Assembly: GCA_963768055.1 (NCBI GenBank)
Contig: CAVYGN010000002.1
Span: forward strand, 576,001-640,000
Reading direction: 5' to 3'
Length of the DNA stretch: 64,000 bases
From: an uncultured Spirochaetota bacterium
GTDB taxonomy: Bacteria; Spirochaetota; Brevinematia; Brevinematales; JAOACQ01
The notes beneath the pieces were generated by a model that worked only from the letters and a program-made list of their open reading frames with translations, did not search any database and had not been told where the DNA came from. Position numbers and translations under genes: made by a program. Positions 1-9,576 of this stretch are shown one piece after another; positions within the stretch are counted from its first letter, which is position 1; each line of letters opens with the position of its first letter.

Positions 1-1323
1 TTCCCTCTTTGCCAGTATGGTAAACCTCAATCTTTTCAATATTGATTCAATAGTCCGCAGCGCCATCTTTATTCCAAGTTTTGATGAAACATAATCAGCC
101 CTTACATTAATAATTTTGTCCTTAAAGATATTGACATATTCATCCCTGACAGGCGATATCTCCGGGGCGCAGGTCATCATGATTATTTCCGTCGCTCTTT
201 CGATGGCACCGACTGTAATTCCCCAATCTGCGGTTCTTTCAAAACGATAGGAAGCCTCTGTCCGCAGGCCCAATTTTTTCGCAGTCTTACGGATCGAAAC
301 AGGGTCAAAATATGCGCTTTCAAGAAGAATATCAACGCTTTCAGGAAGTACATGGCTGTTCTCGCCGCCCATAATCCCTGCAATCGCGACAGGCTTTCTC
401 CCATCGGCTATGATTAGCATGGAATCGTCAATTTCACGCGGTATTCCATCAAGTGTTTTAATCTTTTCGTCCTTTTCAGCCCTCCTTACGATGATTCGAT
501 GCTCTTCAAGCCTTTCGATATCAAAGGCATGCATCGGATGGCCGATTTCAAGGAGTACGTAATTGGTGGCATCTACAATATTGTTTATAGCCCTGATGCC
601 GCAGAGTTCAAGCTTTCTTTTCAACCAATCCGGAGATTCTTTGACCTTGATCCCCTTAAGAATCCTGGCGGAATATCTTGGGCAGAGGTTCTTCTCTTCT
701 ATAGTAATATCAGGAATTTCTTTAATATTTTCGGGTATGGCCTTACTTGGAATTCGCAGATCCTTATCAAGCATCGCCGCGACCTCCCTCGCTATGCCAA
801 TGACTGAAAGACAATCCGAACGGTTAGATGTAAGTTCAATTTCAAAAAGATAATCTTCCTCGGAATAAATTTCAAAGAGTGTTCTGGCCTTTTTTTCATC
901 CTTTCCTAAAATCCATATATCCTGGCTTTTTTCTTCCAGGGCCAGGTGTTCCCTTGCAATGATCATTCCTTCCGATTTTTCACCCTTTATCAGGGCGTCT
1001 TTGATAACAAGGCCGTTAGGCAGCGTTGTACCGGGGAGTGAGATCACTATATAATGCCCCTTTTCAAGGACTTTGCTGTTTGTAATAATGTCATATGTAT
1101 TCCTGGCGGCGCTTACCGTCGCTATAACCAGGTTTTCCGCCTGGGGATGGGCCTTCAAATCCATGACACGCGCCAGGAGAATATTATTTATATTATCAGG
1201 ACTTATTCCGACCCTTTTAATTCCTGTGACCTCAGGACCGACCGCTGTCAATTTCTGGGCTAATTCCTCGGCTGGAATATCTATTGTCACAAATTCTTTC
1301 AGCCAGTTATATGTAACTCTCAT
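1..1323 (-). CDS. pheT: Phenylalanine--tRNA ligase beta subunit (5' part; runs off window start)
   Basis: Not in ORF track. Manual translation from ATG at 1323 gives MRVTYNWLKEFVTIDIPAEELAQKLTAVGPEV...; directly downstream of pheS; GGGGG RBS. Confidence 0.95.
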   Translation of the reverse strand, partial: MRVTYNWLKEFVTIDIPAEELAQKLTAVGPEVTGIKRVGISPDNINNILLARVMDLKAHPQAENLVIATVSAARNTYDIITNSKVLEKGHYIVISLPGTTLPNGLVIKDALIKGEKSEGMIIAREHLALEEKSQDIWILGKDEKKARTLFEIYSEEDYLFEIELTSNRSDCLSVIGIAREVAAMLDKDLRIPSKAIPENIKEIPDITIEEKNLCPRYSARILKGIKVKESPDWLKRKLELCGIRAINNIVDATNYVLLEIGHPMHAFDIERLEEHRIIVRRAEKDEKIKTLDGIPREIDDSMLIIADGRKPVAIAGIMGGENSHVLPESVDILLESAYFDPVSIRKTAKKLGLRTEASYRFERTADWGITVGAIERATEIIMMTCAPEISPVRDEYVNIFKDKIINVRADYVSSKLGIKMALRTIESILKRLRFTILAKRE

Positions 1324-1331
1324 ATTTCCCC

Positions 1332-2372
1332 CTATTTAACAAACTGAGATAAAAGCCGCATATCGTTTTCATAAAACTGGCGGATGTCCTTAATACCATA
1401 AACAGTCATTGCAACCCTTTCGATTCCAAGCCCGAACGCAAATCCGGAATAAATATCCGGGTTAATACCGCAGTTTTCGAGGACTATGGGGTCTACCAGC
1501 CCGCATCCCATCAATTCAACCCAACCTGTTTGTTTGCAGACGCCGCATTTTTTCCCATGACAGACAGGGCAGGTGACCGCAAGTTCGGCTGAAGGTTCGG
1601 TAAATGGAAAATAATCGGGTCTTAAGCGGATATTTGTCGTTTCTCCAAACATGAGCTTCGCCCAGAGAAGCAGCGTCCCCTTGAGATCGGCAAAAGTTAT
1701 CCCTTTATCTACAACAAGCCCCTCCATCTGGTAAAAATTCGGGGAATGGGTAGCGTCGACCGAATCTCTCCTGTAGCACCTCCCGGGAACTACTATGGCG
1801 ATCGGGGGCTTTTTGGATTTCATTGTCCTTATCTGTACAGGGGACGTATGGGTCCTTAAAAGCTTAGACGTGCTGAAATAGAAAGAATCATGACTGTCCC
1901 TCGCCGGATGATGGGCCGGCATGTTCAACGCATCAAAATTATAATACTCTTCTTCCATCTCGGGGCCGTCTGCCACGCTATATCCCATACTTTTAAAAAT
2001 ATTGACCATCCTGTCAAGGACAATTGTAAGCGGATGATAGTATCCCTGGGCCGGCACGCTTTTAGGCAAAGAGACATCCAGGACTCCGGTCTTGAGCCTT
2101 TCTTCCCTGTCTTTCTTTTCTATCAATGCTTGTGAAATATCCAGCAGCCGGCCTATCTCGTCCTTTACCTCATTAGCGATTTTACCGAATTCCTTCCTTT
2201 CTTCACCGCTTAAATCTCCCAGTCTGGAAAGGATATCTTTCAGAATACCCTTTTTTCCGAGATATTTTATTCTGAGTTCATCAATTGTCTTAGGATCGGT
2301 CACTCCCGTCAATTCCCGGTTCGCCTCATCCCTGATCCTGAGTAATTCGTCCTTCATATCCAATATCTCCAT
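1332..2372 (-). CDS. pheS: Phenylalanine--tRNA ligase alpha subunit
   Basis: HPARDSHDSFY, LRTHTSPVQIR, FPFTEPS and GFAFGLGIER motifs. Confidence 0.98.
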   Translation of the reverse strand: MEILDMKDELLRIRDEANRELTGVTDPKTIDELRIKYLGKKGILKDILSRLGDLSGEERKEFGKIANEVKDEIGRLLDISQALIEKKDREERLKTGVLDVSLPKSVPAQGYYHPLTIVLDRMVNIFKSMGYSVADGPEMEEEYYNFDALNMPAHHPARDSHDSFYFSTSKLLRTHTSPVQIRTMKSKKPPIAIVVPGRCYRRDSVDATHSPNFYQMEGLVVDKGITFADLKGTLLLWAKLMFGETTNIRLRPDYFPFTEPSAELAVTCPVCHGKKCGVCKQTGWVELMGCGLVDPIVLENCGINPDIYSGFAFGLGIERVAMTVYGIKDIRQFYENDMRLLSQFVK

Positions 2373-2449
2373 AAAAAAACATGAATCATTTTAAGTTAAA
2401 AAAGGAATTATTACAATAAGGAACGATCGTCAGAAAAGGAGGCCATTTT

Positions 2450-2736
2450 GGGTCTGTTCAAACAACATTCTTCTGGATGAAGTCAATTTTTATCGAGCAG
2501 GACTCAAGAGTTCAAGCCCCCACAGATGACAAACTGATGGGGAGTTCAAAACAGCTACAAGTGCTGATTGAATACTTTTTTATAATGAAAATCTATTATT
2601 ATCTATATGAATCAACTAGAAAAAGAGAGGCCTGGTAAAGCACTTGCTAACGCTGTTTTTCACAGACGGTTTTACACTCTCTTCGTAAGACTCGATAAAA
2701 ATTGCTTCATCCATTAAGTATTTTGTTTTGAATCAG
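2450..2736. mobile_element. ~285-bp MITE-like element (left arm + AT-rich spacer + inverted right arm)
   Basis: Arms GGATGAAGTCAATTTTTATCGAG...CAAGTGCT in inverted orientation; homologous to 25252-25528. Confidence 0.6.
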
Positions 2737-2774
2737 TAGAAAAGGACGGGGATTTTCTTACCAACATTTTTTAG

Positions 2775-2906
2775 CGCCATATTTCTTTATCAAAAAAGCA
2801 TTCAATCAAACGCTTGCAGCCGTTTTGAGATGATGCAGTTCAAGTTTTCTGAATCAGGCGAGCTAAAAATTGACTCCATGCAATATGAATATTGCTTGAA
2901 CGGCCC
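2775..2906 (-). repeat. Extra left-arm copy of the MITE-like repeat, abutting the leuD stop codon
   Basis: 31 nt (2819-2849, reverse complement) identical to 25210-25240; end GGGCCGTTCAAGCAATATTC resembles GGGTCTGTTCAAACAACATTC at 2450. Confidence 0.8.
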
Positions 2907-3431
2907 CTAATACTTCTTATCGGCATACTCCAGCCAGCCGCCTGCTTTGACAAGTTCGGCATCGAAAGGGTCAAGCTCGAATTGTATGGTATCTGAAGAC
3001 CCGCCGCTCTCAACCGTTAAAACGTGTTTATCGATATCTATCTTTACCGAAGCTTCTTTCGAATAGTATCTATCGAAAATCTTATCTATGGCCGATCCGG
3101 GAAGTTCGATCGCCAGCATTCCGCAGTTAAACATATTCTGCCTGAATATGCGGGCGAAGCTTTCAGCAATCACTGCGGTTATGCCGTTGACTTCAAGGGC
3201 CCATGGAGCATGTTCCCTGGATGAACCGCAGCCGAAGTCGGACCTGGCAATGATAACCCCTTTCCCCGGCAGATCTTTTTTCTGATCAAAGCCCTCAAGT
3301 TTTAAGTCTTCAAGACAGAAAGGTTTTAAAGCTTCCTTTGTAATCTCAGAAAGATATTTCGCAGGGATAATCTCGTCTGTATTAATGTCATTTTTATTTA
3401 AAAAGAGGATTTTTCCGCCGAATGTTTTCAT
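2907..3431 (-). CDS. leuD: 3-isopropylmalate dehydratase/homoaconitase family small subunit
   Basis: DINTDEIIPA, FGCGSSREHAPWAL, SFARIFRQN motifs. Confidence 0.9.
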   Translation of the reverse strand: MKTFGGKILFLNKNDINTDEIIPAKYLSEITKEALKPFCLEDLKLEGFDQKKDLPGKGVIIARSDFGCGSSREHAPWALEVNGITAVIAESFARIFRQNMFNCGMLAIELPGSAIDKIFDRYYSKEASVKIDIDKHVLTVESGGSSDTIQFELDPFDAELVKAGGWLEYADKKY

Positions 3432-3449
3432 ATTTACTCCTAAAATTTT

Positions 3450-4736
3450 TTATCCCTTATACAGGGGAGAATTCGTAATACTGCCGCTCAACGCCGTTGC
3501 GGCTGCCGTTGCCGGGCTCATTAAATGCACCATTCCCCCCTTTCCCATCCGCCCATAGAAATTACGGTTAGTTGTCGATGCACAGACTTCCCCGCTTGCG
3601 AGTACGCCATTGGACATGCCCAGACATGCTCCGCAGGTCGGATTCGTTATACAGAAACCCGCTTCGGCAAAGATTTCAATAATACCATGTTTTAAAGCTT
3701 CCGTATATACCCGCGGCGTCGCAGGAGAGAGGATTCCCCTCAATCCCTTTGCGATCTTATTGCCCTTAAGGATTTTCGCAGCTTCGATTAAATCTTCGAG
3801 CCTGCCGTTTGTACAACTGCCGATATAGACCTGGTCAACCGGGGTCCCTTCCATTTCCCCGACCGTTTTGACCTGATCGGGCTTATAACCGTAAGTCACC
3901 ATCGGCTCGAGCTTTCCAAGATCAAACTCGATCGATTTTTCATATTCCGCATCTTTGTCGGAAATCCATCCCGAATATTCCTTCAGGGCTTTTTCCTTTG
4001 TCGGATAAGAATCCTTTATAAACTCCCATAAATATTCAACAGTGGTCATATCAGGATTACATATCCCGCTTGTACCCCCCGCTTCGACAGCCATATTGCA
4101 GAGAGTCATTCTCGATTCCATTGACATTCTATCCACTATAGGACCGGTGAATTCCATAACCATATCCGTAGCTCCGCTGACCCCTATCTGTGAAATAATA
4201 TAAAGAATAACATCTTTCGCAAACACTCCTTCCCGGAGATTTCCATTCAACGAAAACCGTATAGTTTTGGGATATTTAAACGCGCTAATCCCCTTCAGAA
4301 TACCCACTTCGAGATCCGTTGTGCCGACCCCGGCGGCAAAAGCCCCGAATGCGCCATGAGTACAGGTATGAGAATCCCCCATTATAACGGTATAACCCGG
4401 TCTTACAAAACCTTTCTCGGGAAACAGGGCATGGCAGACTCCATTGGAGCCTATGTCGAAGAAATCCTTTATGCCGTTTCTTCTCGCCCAGTCTCGTAAA
4501 ATTTTCCCCTGTTCGGCTGTTTTAGAGTCCTTAGCCGGAGTGACATGATCGATCACAGCCTTAATCCTGTCCGGATCGAATACCCTGTCTTTACCCCTGG
4601 CCATCAAGTCCGTTATAGCTATCGGCGTTGTTATTTCATGGCAGAAGACAACGTCAAGTTTAAGAATAAAGATTTCTTCAAACGGCTTGTCGAGAAGATG
4701 CGCATCAAAAATCTTTTCGGCAATTGTTCTTCCCAT
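3450..4736 (-). CDS. leuC: 3-isopropylmalate dehydratase/homoaconitase family large subunit
   Basis: DSHTCTHGA, IGSCTNGR, CGACLG, STTNRNF aconitase-family motifs. Confidence 0.92.
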   Translation of the reverse strand: MGRTIAEKIFDAHLLDKPFEEIFILKLDVVFCHEITTPIAITDLMARGKDRVFDPDRIKAVIDHVTPAKDSKTAEQGKILRDWARRNGIKDFFDIGSNGVCHALFPEKGFVRPGYTVIMGDSHTCTHGAFGAFAAGVGTTDLEVGILKGISAFKYPKTIRFSLNGNLREGVFAKDVILYIISQIGVSGATDMVMEFTGPIVDRMSMESRMTLCNMAVEAGGTSGICNPDMTTVEYLWEFIKDSYPTKEKALKEYSGWISDKDAEYEKSIEFDLGKLEPMVTYGYKPDQVKTVGEMEGTPVDQVYIGSCTNGRLEDLIEAAKILKGNKIAKGLRGILSPATPRVYTEALKHGIIEIFAEAGFCITNPTCGACLGMSNGVLASGEVCASTTNRNFYGRMGKGGMVHLMSPATAAATALSGSITNSPLYKG

Positions 4737-4747
4737 ATCAATCCTCC

Positions 4748-5317
4748 TTATTTTCCAAATATCATTTTAGGCGGAGTTGCCACCCAGAAAGCCTTCAGGG
4801 TTCCATTTCCCGAATTTTTTAATACATGAGGCGAATCGGATGAAAAAGATATGCTGTCACCCTCGTTAAGCGGGAAAGATTTTTTCCCGATTTCAAACTC
4901 CCCTTTCCCCTCGATTATTACCCCAAGTTCATGGCCTATGTGGCCATATTCCGGACTGCCCTTTTCACCGCCGGGTTCAATTTCAAGATAATACGCCTCA
5001 ATAGCATGTTCCTCGCCTATGCCTGCGGTATGTGATAATTGCTCGTATTTTGTGCCCTCAATTATTGTCATTCTGCGTTCCTGTTTTCTTACAATATTAA
5101 CGTTCCTTTCTTTTTTATAATCGATGAACAGATATTCCAGGTCGATATTTAATATATCAACTATTGAGAGCAGGGTGTCCAGAGCCGGGGATATCCTGTT
5201 CCGCTCGATCTGGGAGATCAGGCTTTCGCTTAAACCGGCGCGATGCGCTACCTCTTTCATTGTAATGCCCTTTCTTTCCCTTACTTCTCTGATTTTATCA
5301 CCGAACGGATATTTCAT
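4748..5317 (-). CDS. XRE-family HTH transcriptional regulator with C-terminal cupin domain
   Basis: N-terminal HTH (LSESLISQIER...P); cupin motif GDSISFSSDSPH. Confidence 0.92.
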   Translation of the reverse strand: MKYPFGDKIREVRERKGITMKEVAHRAGLSESLISQIERNRISPALDTLLSIVDILNIDLEYLFIDYKKERNVNIVRKQERRMTIIEGTKYEQLSHTAGIGEEHAIEAYYLEIEPGGEKGSPEYGHIGHELGVIIEGKGEFEIGKKSFPLNEGDSISFSSDSPHVLKNSGNGTLKAFWVATPPKMIFGK

Positions 5318-5348
5318 ATCGATACCCCTGAAAAATAATTAATCCTCA

Positions 5349-5390
5349 ATTAAGTATATTAAGTATATATTAAGTTTCGGCTCATGTCAA
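5349..5390 (-). promoter_or_regulatory. sigma70 promoter of the XRE-leuC-leuD operon with overlapping ACTTAAT repeats
   Basis: Minus strand TTGACA (5385-5390), 17-nt spacer, TATACT (5362-5367); ATTAAGT at 5349, 5358, 5369. Confidence 0.7.
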
Positions 5391-5455
5391 TATACTATTT
5401 AATTTATTTCTTTTTTTCACCTTGTCAATTAATAAAATTTTGATTAGGTTGAATT

Positions 5456-6190
5456 ATGAATAGCAGACATGAGGAGAAAAATATGAAGATTCCATTAATG
5501 GAAGCAGGATTTATCCTGGGGTTATTATCGGTTATCCTGGTTCTTGTCTCAGGACCCGGAACAAGGATAGGATTATATCCTTTTACGGCCGGGCTTCTTA
5601 TCATCTTCATCGGGTCTTTGACCGGGCTGGCGGCTATAATCGCCTCAATTATAAGAATATTTTCAGGCCCCAAAGATCCAGTCGTAACAGTAGCCGGGCT
5701 TATATTCGGAGTAATATCATTCGGAATAATCGCTATAAGTTTATGGAATGCCAGAAACGCTCCCGCTATCCATGACATTTCCACAGATACAATAAATCCA
5801 CCCAAGTTTTTTAAAGTCCTGCCGCTGAGAAAAAACGCCCTTAATCCCGTCGAATACGGCGGTCCTGACGTGGCGAAGAAACAGATCTCGGCTTTTCCTG
5901 ACATAAAATCAATCCACCTTGAACTTTCCCCGGATGAAGCGTTTAATAAAGCTTTAAGCGCCGCTCTCAAATTGAAATGGAAAATAGTCGATCAAAATAA
6001 GGATGAGGGCAGGATTGAAGCCTTTGACACAACCCTCTGGTTCGGCTTCAAGGATGATATAGTAATAAGGATAGCGCATGAAAATAAAGGAGCAATTGTA
6101 GATATCCGGTCCCTTTCCAGGGTAGGGTTAGGCGACATGGGCACCAACGCACGCCGGGTGAGGATGTTCATCAAGCTGATGAATTCCTGA
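5456..6190 (+). CDS. DUF1499-family membrane protein
   Basis: Three N-terminal TM segments; IHDISTD and RSLSRVGLGDMGTNARR motifs; true start may be 5483. Confidence 0.8.
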   Translation: MNSRHEEKNMKIPLMEAGFILGLLSVILVLVSGPGTRIGLYPFTAGLLIIFIGSLTGLAAIIASIIRIFSGPKDPVVTVAGLIFGVISFGIIAISLWNARNAPAIHDISTDTINPPKFFKVLPLRKNALNPVEYGGPDVAKKQISAFPDIKSIHLELSPDEAFNKALSAALKLKWKIVDQNKDEGRIEAFDTTLWFGFKDDIVIRIAHENKGAIVDIRSLSRVGLGDMGTNARRVRMFIKLMNS

Positions 6191-6346
6191 TGGGGCCTCT
6201 ATTCACTGTCATTTTTCCTTTAAAAACCCATTAATCATTAACATGCGCTGAAAAAATATTTATTATATTTTACTTGCCTATAAAGAAGGGTTTAAATATA
6301 TTTAATAATGCGTTTTTTACATAATAAGAAATAAAAGGAGGTAAAC

Positions 6347-6763
6347 ATGCCTATAATTATGCATCTTAATTATTTAGCGGTAATTGTCGCGGCAATAGTC
6401 TATTTTATTATTGGATTTTTCTGGTATAGCCCGATGCTTCTAGGCAATATCTGGGCAAAAGAAGTTGACATCAAAAGAAGCGGTTCGGCAATGCCCGTCA
6501 TGCCAATGATCGGCCAGTTCATAGCCGCGGTAATATACGCTGCGGGGGTTGCGATTATAGTATCGCTTCTAGGAAGCGTCGGATCAAAAATGGGATTCAT
6601 GACCGGCATCAAGGCAGCTCTGATAACTATTGTATTTTTTATTCTCCCTGCGAATTCGAGCACATGGTTTTTTAAGGGCAAACCGGTATTGTTCTTTATT
6701 GAATGGGGATATCAATCCATTGGGGCTCTTGTCATAGGTATAATCATGAGTATCTGGAGATAG
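6347..6763 (+). CDS. DUF1761-family membrane protein
   Basis: NYLAVIVAA...IGFFWYSP.LLG..W pattern; four TM segments; AGGAGG RBS. Confidence 0.75.
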   Translation: MPIIMHLNYLAVIVAAIVYFIIGFFWYSPMLLGNIWAKEVDIKRSGSAMPVMPMIGQFIAAVIYAAGVAIIVSLLGSVGSKMGFMTGIKAALITIVFFILPANSSTWFFKGKPVLFFIEWGYQSIGALVIGIIMSIWR

Positions 6764-6772
6764 GAGGATACA

Positions 6773-7243
6773 ATGAAGGGGAACAAAGACCTTATAGCTA
6801 CGCTGAATTCGCTACTGGCCGATGAACTTACGGCCGTAAATCAGTATATGGTCCATGCAGAAATCTCCGAAAATTGGGGCTATGAAAAACTCGGGAATCA
6901 TTTTCAAATGCGCGCAATCGATGAAATGAAACATGCCGAAAAACTGATCGGCAGGATAATATTTCTTGAAGGCATGCCTGTTGTATCAAACTACAGGGAG
7001 ATCAGGATCGGTGCCGAAATACCCAAACAGCTTGAAAACGATCATTCCCTTGAAGATGGTGCCGTCAAGGCTTATAATATTGCAATAAAGCAGGCGGGCG
7101 ATGTTGCCGATTACGCGACCAGGGAAATTCTTGAAAAGATCCTGAATGACGAGGACAGGCATATAGACGAAATAGAAAATCTGCAGGACCAGATCGAACA
7201 TATGGGGCTCCCTGTTTTCCTGACCACACAGGTTAAGGCATAG
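6773..7243 (+). CDS. bfr: Bacterioferritin
   Basis: MKG...LN..LADELTAVNQY..H, DEMKHAE (heme Met), EDRH ferroxidase ligands. Confidence 0.95.
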   Translation: MKGNKDLIATLNSLLADELTAVNQYMVHAEISENWGYEKLGNHFQMRAIDEMKHAEKLIGRIIFLEGMPVVSNYREIRIGAEIPKQLENDHSLEDGAVKAYNIAIKQAGDVADYATREILEKILNDEDRHIDEIENLQDQIEHMGLPVFLTTQVKA

Positions 7244-7247
7244 CAGT

Positions 7248-7925
7248 TTATATCAATAGGCTTATTATATCATCTATATCTTTGAAGTTGTTAAAAAGAA
7301 AGTTGGGTCTGAACATGGCAAGTTGATCGCAATTCATCCTTCCTGTCGCTACGGCCAGTGAGATTGCCCCGTTTTTTAAAGCGCATTCAATGTCCCTGGG
7401 TGAATCGCCTATTATTATTACCTTATCGAAAGTGTACAATCCGTAATGTTTTTTCATCCTATCAAGGGCGGGGTTAAAAAGCGCACACCTGTTCCTCGCA
7501 TCGTTGCCGAAACCTCCCACTCCGTAAGGAAAAAATCTTTCAAACCCTGCGATCTTCAACTTTATAAAAGCCGTCTCCTTAACATTGCCGGTAAGAAGAC
7601 CCAAACAACATCCGTGAAGGGCCTCCAGAAGACGGTCCGCGTATCTTATAGGTTCGATCATTTCTTTGTGAGACCAGGCATATTCTTTAAAATAGGAGGT
7701 AAATAACTGAAATATGAGGGGCATGATTTTTATTATATCACCGGTGTAACCGGCCGCTTCAAGGGCGGAAGCGCAGATATCGTAATCCGTCCGCCCGAAC
7801 CAGTCGATAAGGCTGAGATCTATCCCAAGGCCGGAGGCCTCCCTGACAGCTTTTTCAAAGGCAGGACGGCCTACCCCATGCGAATTCAGCAGTGTTCCAT
7901 CGATATCGAAAAGAATGGCGTTCAT
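7248..7925 (-). CDS. HAD-superfamily hydrolase
   Basis: FDIDGTL motif I, LTGN, IGDSPRD. Confidence 0.9.
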   Translation of the reverse strand: MNAILFDIDGTLLNSHGVGRPAFEKAVREASGLGIDLSLIDWFGRTDYDICASALEAAGYTGDIIKIMPLIFQLFTSYFKEYAWSHKEMIEPIRYADRLLEALHGCCLGLLTGNVKETAFIKLKIAGFERFFPYGVGGFGNDARNRCALFNPALDRMKKHYGLYTFDKVIIIGDSPRDIECALKNGAISLAVATGRMNCDQLAMFRPNFLFNNFKDIDDIISLLI

Positions 7926-8143
7926 CGTTTTACCTTAATTAATTTAGCGAAAATTAGCGTTGCTTCGAGGAAGATTTTTTGAACTGTTAAGGTTATCCGC
8001 TAAGGCACGCTAATAAAAACAAAATTAAGTCTTATAAGTATTATATATAATTATATAACAATTACCCCCATTCTTCCAGAATTGAAAACAATTCCAAAAA
8101 GTGATATACTATCATTCTTTGCACTTCGAAAGAGGAGGCTATT

Positions 8144-9571
8144 ATGGAACTTGGTCTTGAAAAACCTCTTTATAGATCGGCGACAGGAAGGCTGCGCTCT
8201 GTACCGGATGTTTATAAACTCTCGGATGTGGCAGAAGGGCAGTATTATCGCAATATCTTTCCATACTATGAAATACCCAAGATCCCGTTTAACGAAAGAT
8301 TTGTACCTATGCAGACACCAAAGGATGTATGGATCACGGACACATCTTTCAGGGACGGCCAGCAGGCCCGCCCCCCATACGAGGTTGGCCATATTGTCCA
8401 GATTTTCAAATATCTAAGTGAACTCGGCGGAGAGAACGGAATGATCCGCCAGACGGAATTTTTTATATACAGCAAGAGGGACAGGGATGCTTTAGAAAAA
8501 TGCATGGCGCTCGATTATAAATATCCGGAGGTAACTACCTGGGTCAGGGCGAGCAAATCCGACTGGGAGCTTGTAAAAAAAATCGGTGTAAAGGAAACCG
8601 GAATTTTGACCTCCGTATCCGATTATCATATCTTTAAAAAAATGAAGCTTACACGCAGGCAGGTCCTGGATCAATACCTCGGCATTGTAAAGGATGCCCT
8701 GAACGCGGGCATACTCCCGCGCTGTCATTTTGAGGATATTACAAGGGCCGATTTTTATGGCTTTGTGGTACCTTTCGCCGCCGAACTTATGAAGCTTTCC
8801 CAGGACTCGAAAATGCCGATTAAAATTCGCGCCTGCGATACTCTGGGGCTTGGTGTGAACTATCCCGGTACGGCTCTTCCCCGGACCGTTCAGGGAATAA
8901 TTTATGCTCTTAAAGAATACGCAGGCGTTCCTTCGGAACAGCTTGAATGGCATGGGCATAACGACTTTTACAAGGCGACTGTAAACGCGGCTACTGCCTG
9001 GCTTTACGGTTGCTGTGCCGTCAACACTACTGTTCTCGGTTTCGGAGAGAGGACCGGTAATACTCCCCTGGAAGCTATGGCCATCGAATACGCCCAGCTT
9101 TTCGGCAGTACTAACGGGATGGACCTTTCAGTTATTACAAAAATACGGAATTTTCTGGAAGCGCATACCAACACAATAATACCCGCTAATATGCCCTTTG
9201 TCGGAAAAGATTTCAATACGACTAAAGCCGGCATTCATGCAGATGGTTTATTGAAAGACGAAGAAATATATAATATATTCGATACAAAAAAAATCCTCGG
9301 CAGGCCCCCAGAGGTCACAATTACCGATAAAACAGGGACGGCGGGCATTTGTAAATGGATCAATATTTATTTCAACCTCGGAAAGCCCGAAGAGATCCAG
9401 AAAGACAATCCGGCTGTAAAAGACATATACTCCTGGGTGCAAAAAGAATATGAAGATGGAAGAATAACCCCGATTTCAGATGAAGAACTTATAGAAAAGG
9501 TTAAAATGCATTTTCCGGAAATTTATAAAGAGAAGGTTGTAAGAAACAGCATAGTCACGATCAAGACATAA
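8144..9571 (+). CDS. Re-citrate synthase-like enzyme (DRE-TIM metallolyase, LeuA/HCS family)
   Basis: ITDTSFRDGQQ, CHFEDITRAD, HGHND, GERTGN; no LeuA regulatory domain; N-terminal IFPY..IPKI extension typical of Re-citrate synthases. Confidence 0.8.
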   Translation: MELGLEKPLYRSATGRLRSVPDVYKLSDVAEGQYYRNIFPYYEIPKIPFNERFVPMQTPKDVWITDTSFRDGQQARPPYEVGHIVQIFKYLSELGGENGMIRQTEFFIYSKRDRDALEKCMALDYKYPEVTTWVRASKSDWELVKKIGVKETGILTSVSDYHIFKKMKLTRRQVLDQYLGIVKDALNAGILPRCHFEDITRADFYGFVVPFAAELMKLSQDSKMPIKIRACDTLGLGVNYPGTALPRTVQGIIYALKEYAGVPSEQLEWHGHNDFYKATVNAATAWLYGCCAVNTTVLGFGERTGNTPLEAMAIEYAQLFGSTNGMDLSVITKIRNFLEAHTNTIIPANMPFVGKDFNTTKAGIHADGLLKDEEIYNIFDTKKILGRPPEVTITDKTGTAGICKWINIYFNLGKPEEIQKDNPAVKDIYSWVQKEYEDGRITPISDEELIEKVKMHFPEIYKEKVVRNSIVTIKT

Positions 9572-9576
9572 AGAAC

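Noticed and set aside
2373..2906. T-box or pheM-type attenuator upstream of pheS
   Set aside because: No T-box consensus or Phe-rich leader seen; the region is occupied by the repeat family
7953..8014. Inverted repeat ATTAGCGTTGCTT / AAGGCACGCTAAT in a divergent promoter region
   Set aside because: Short, imperfect and single-copy; function cannot be supported
8144..9571. leuA (2-isopropylmalate synthase)
   Set aside because: Lacks the C-terminal regulatory domain and has RDGQQ/HFEDITRAD features closer to Re-citrate synthases
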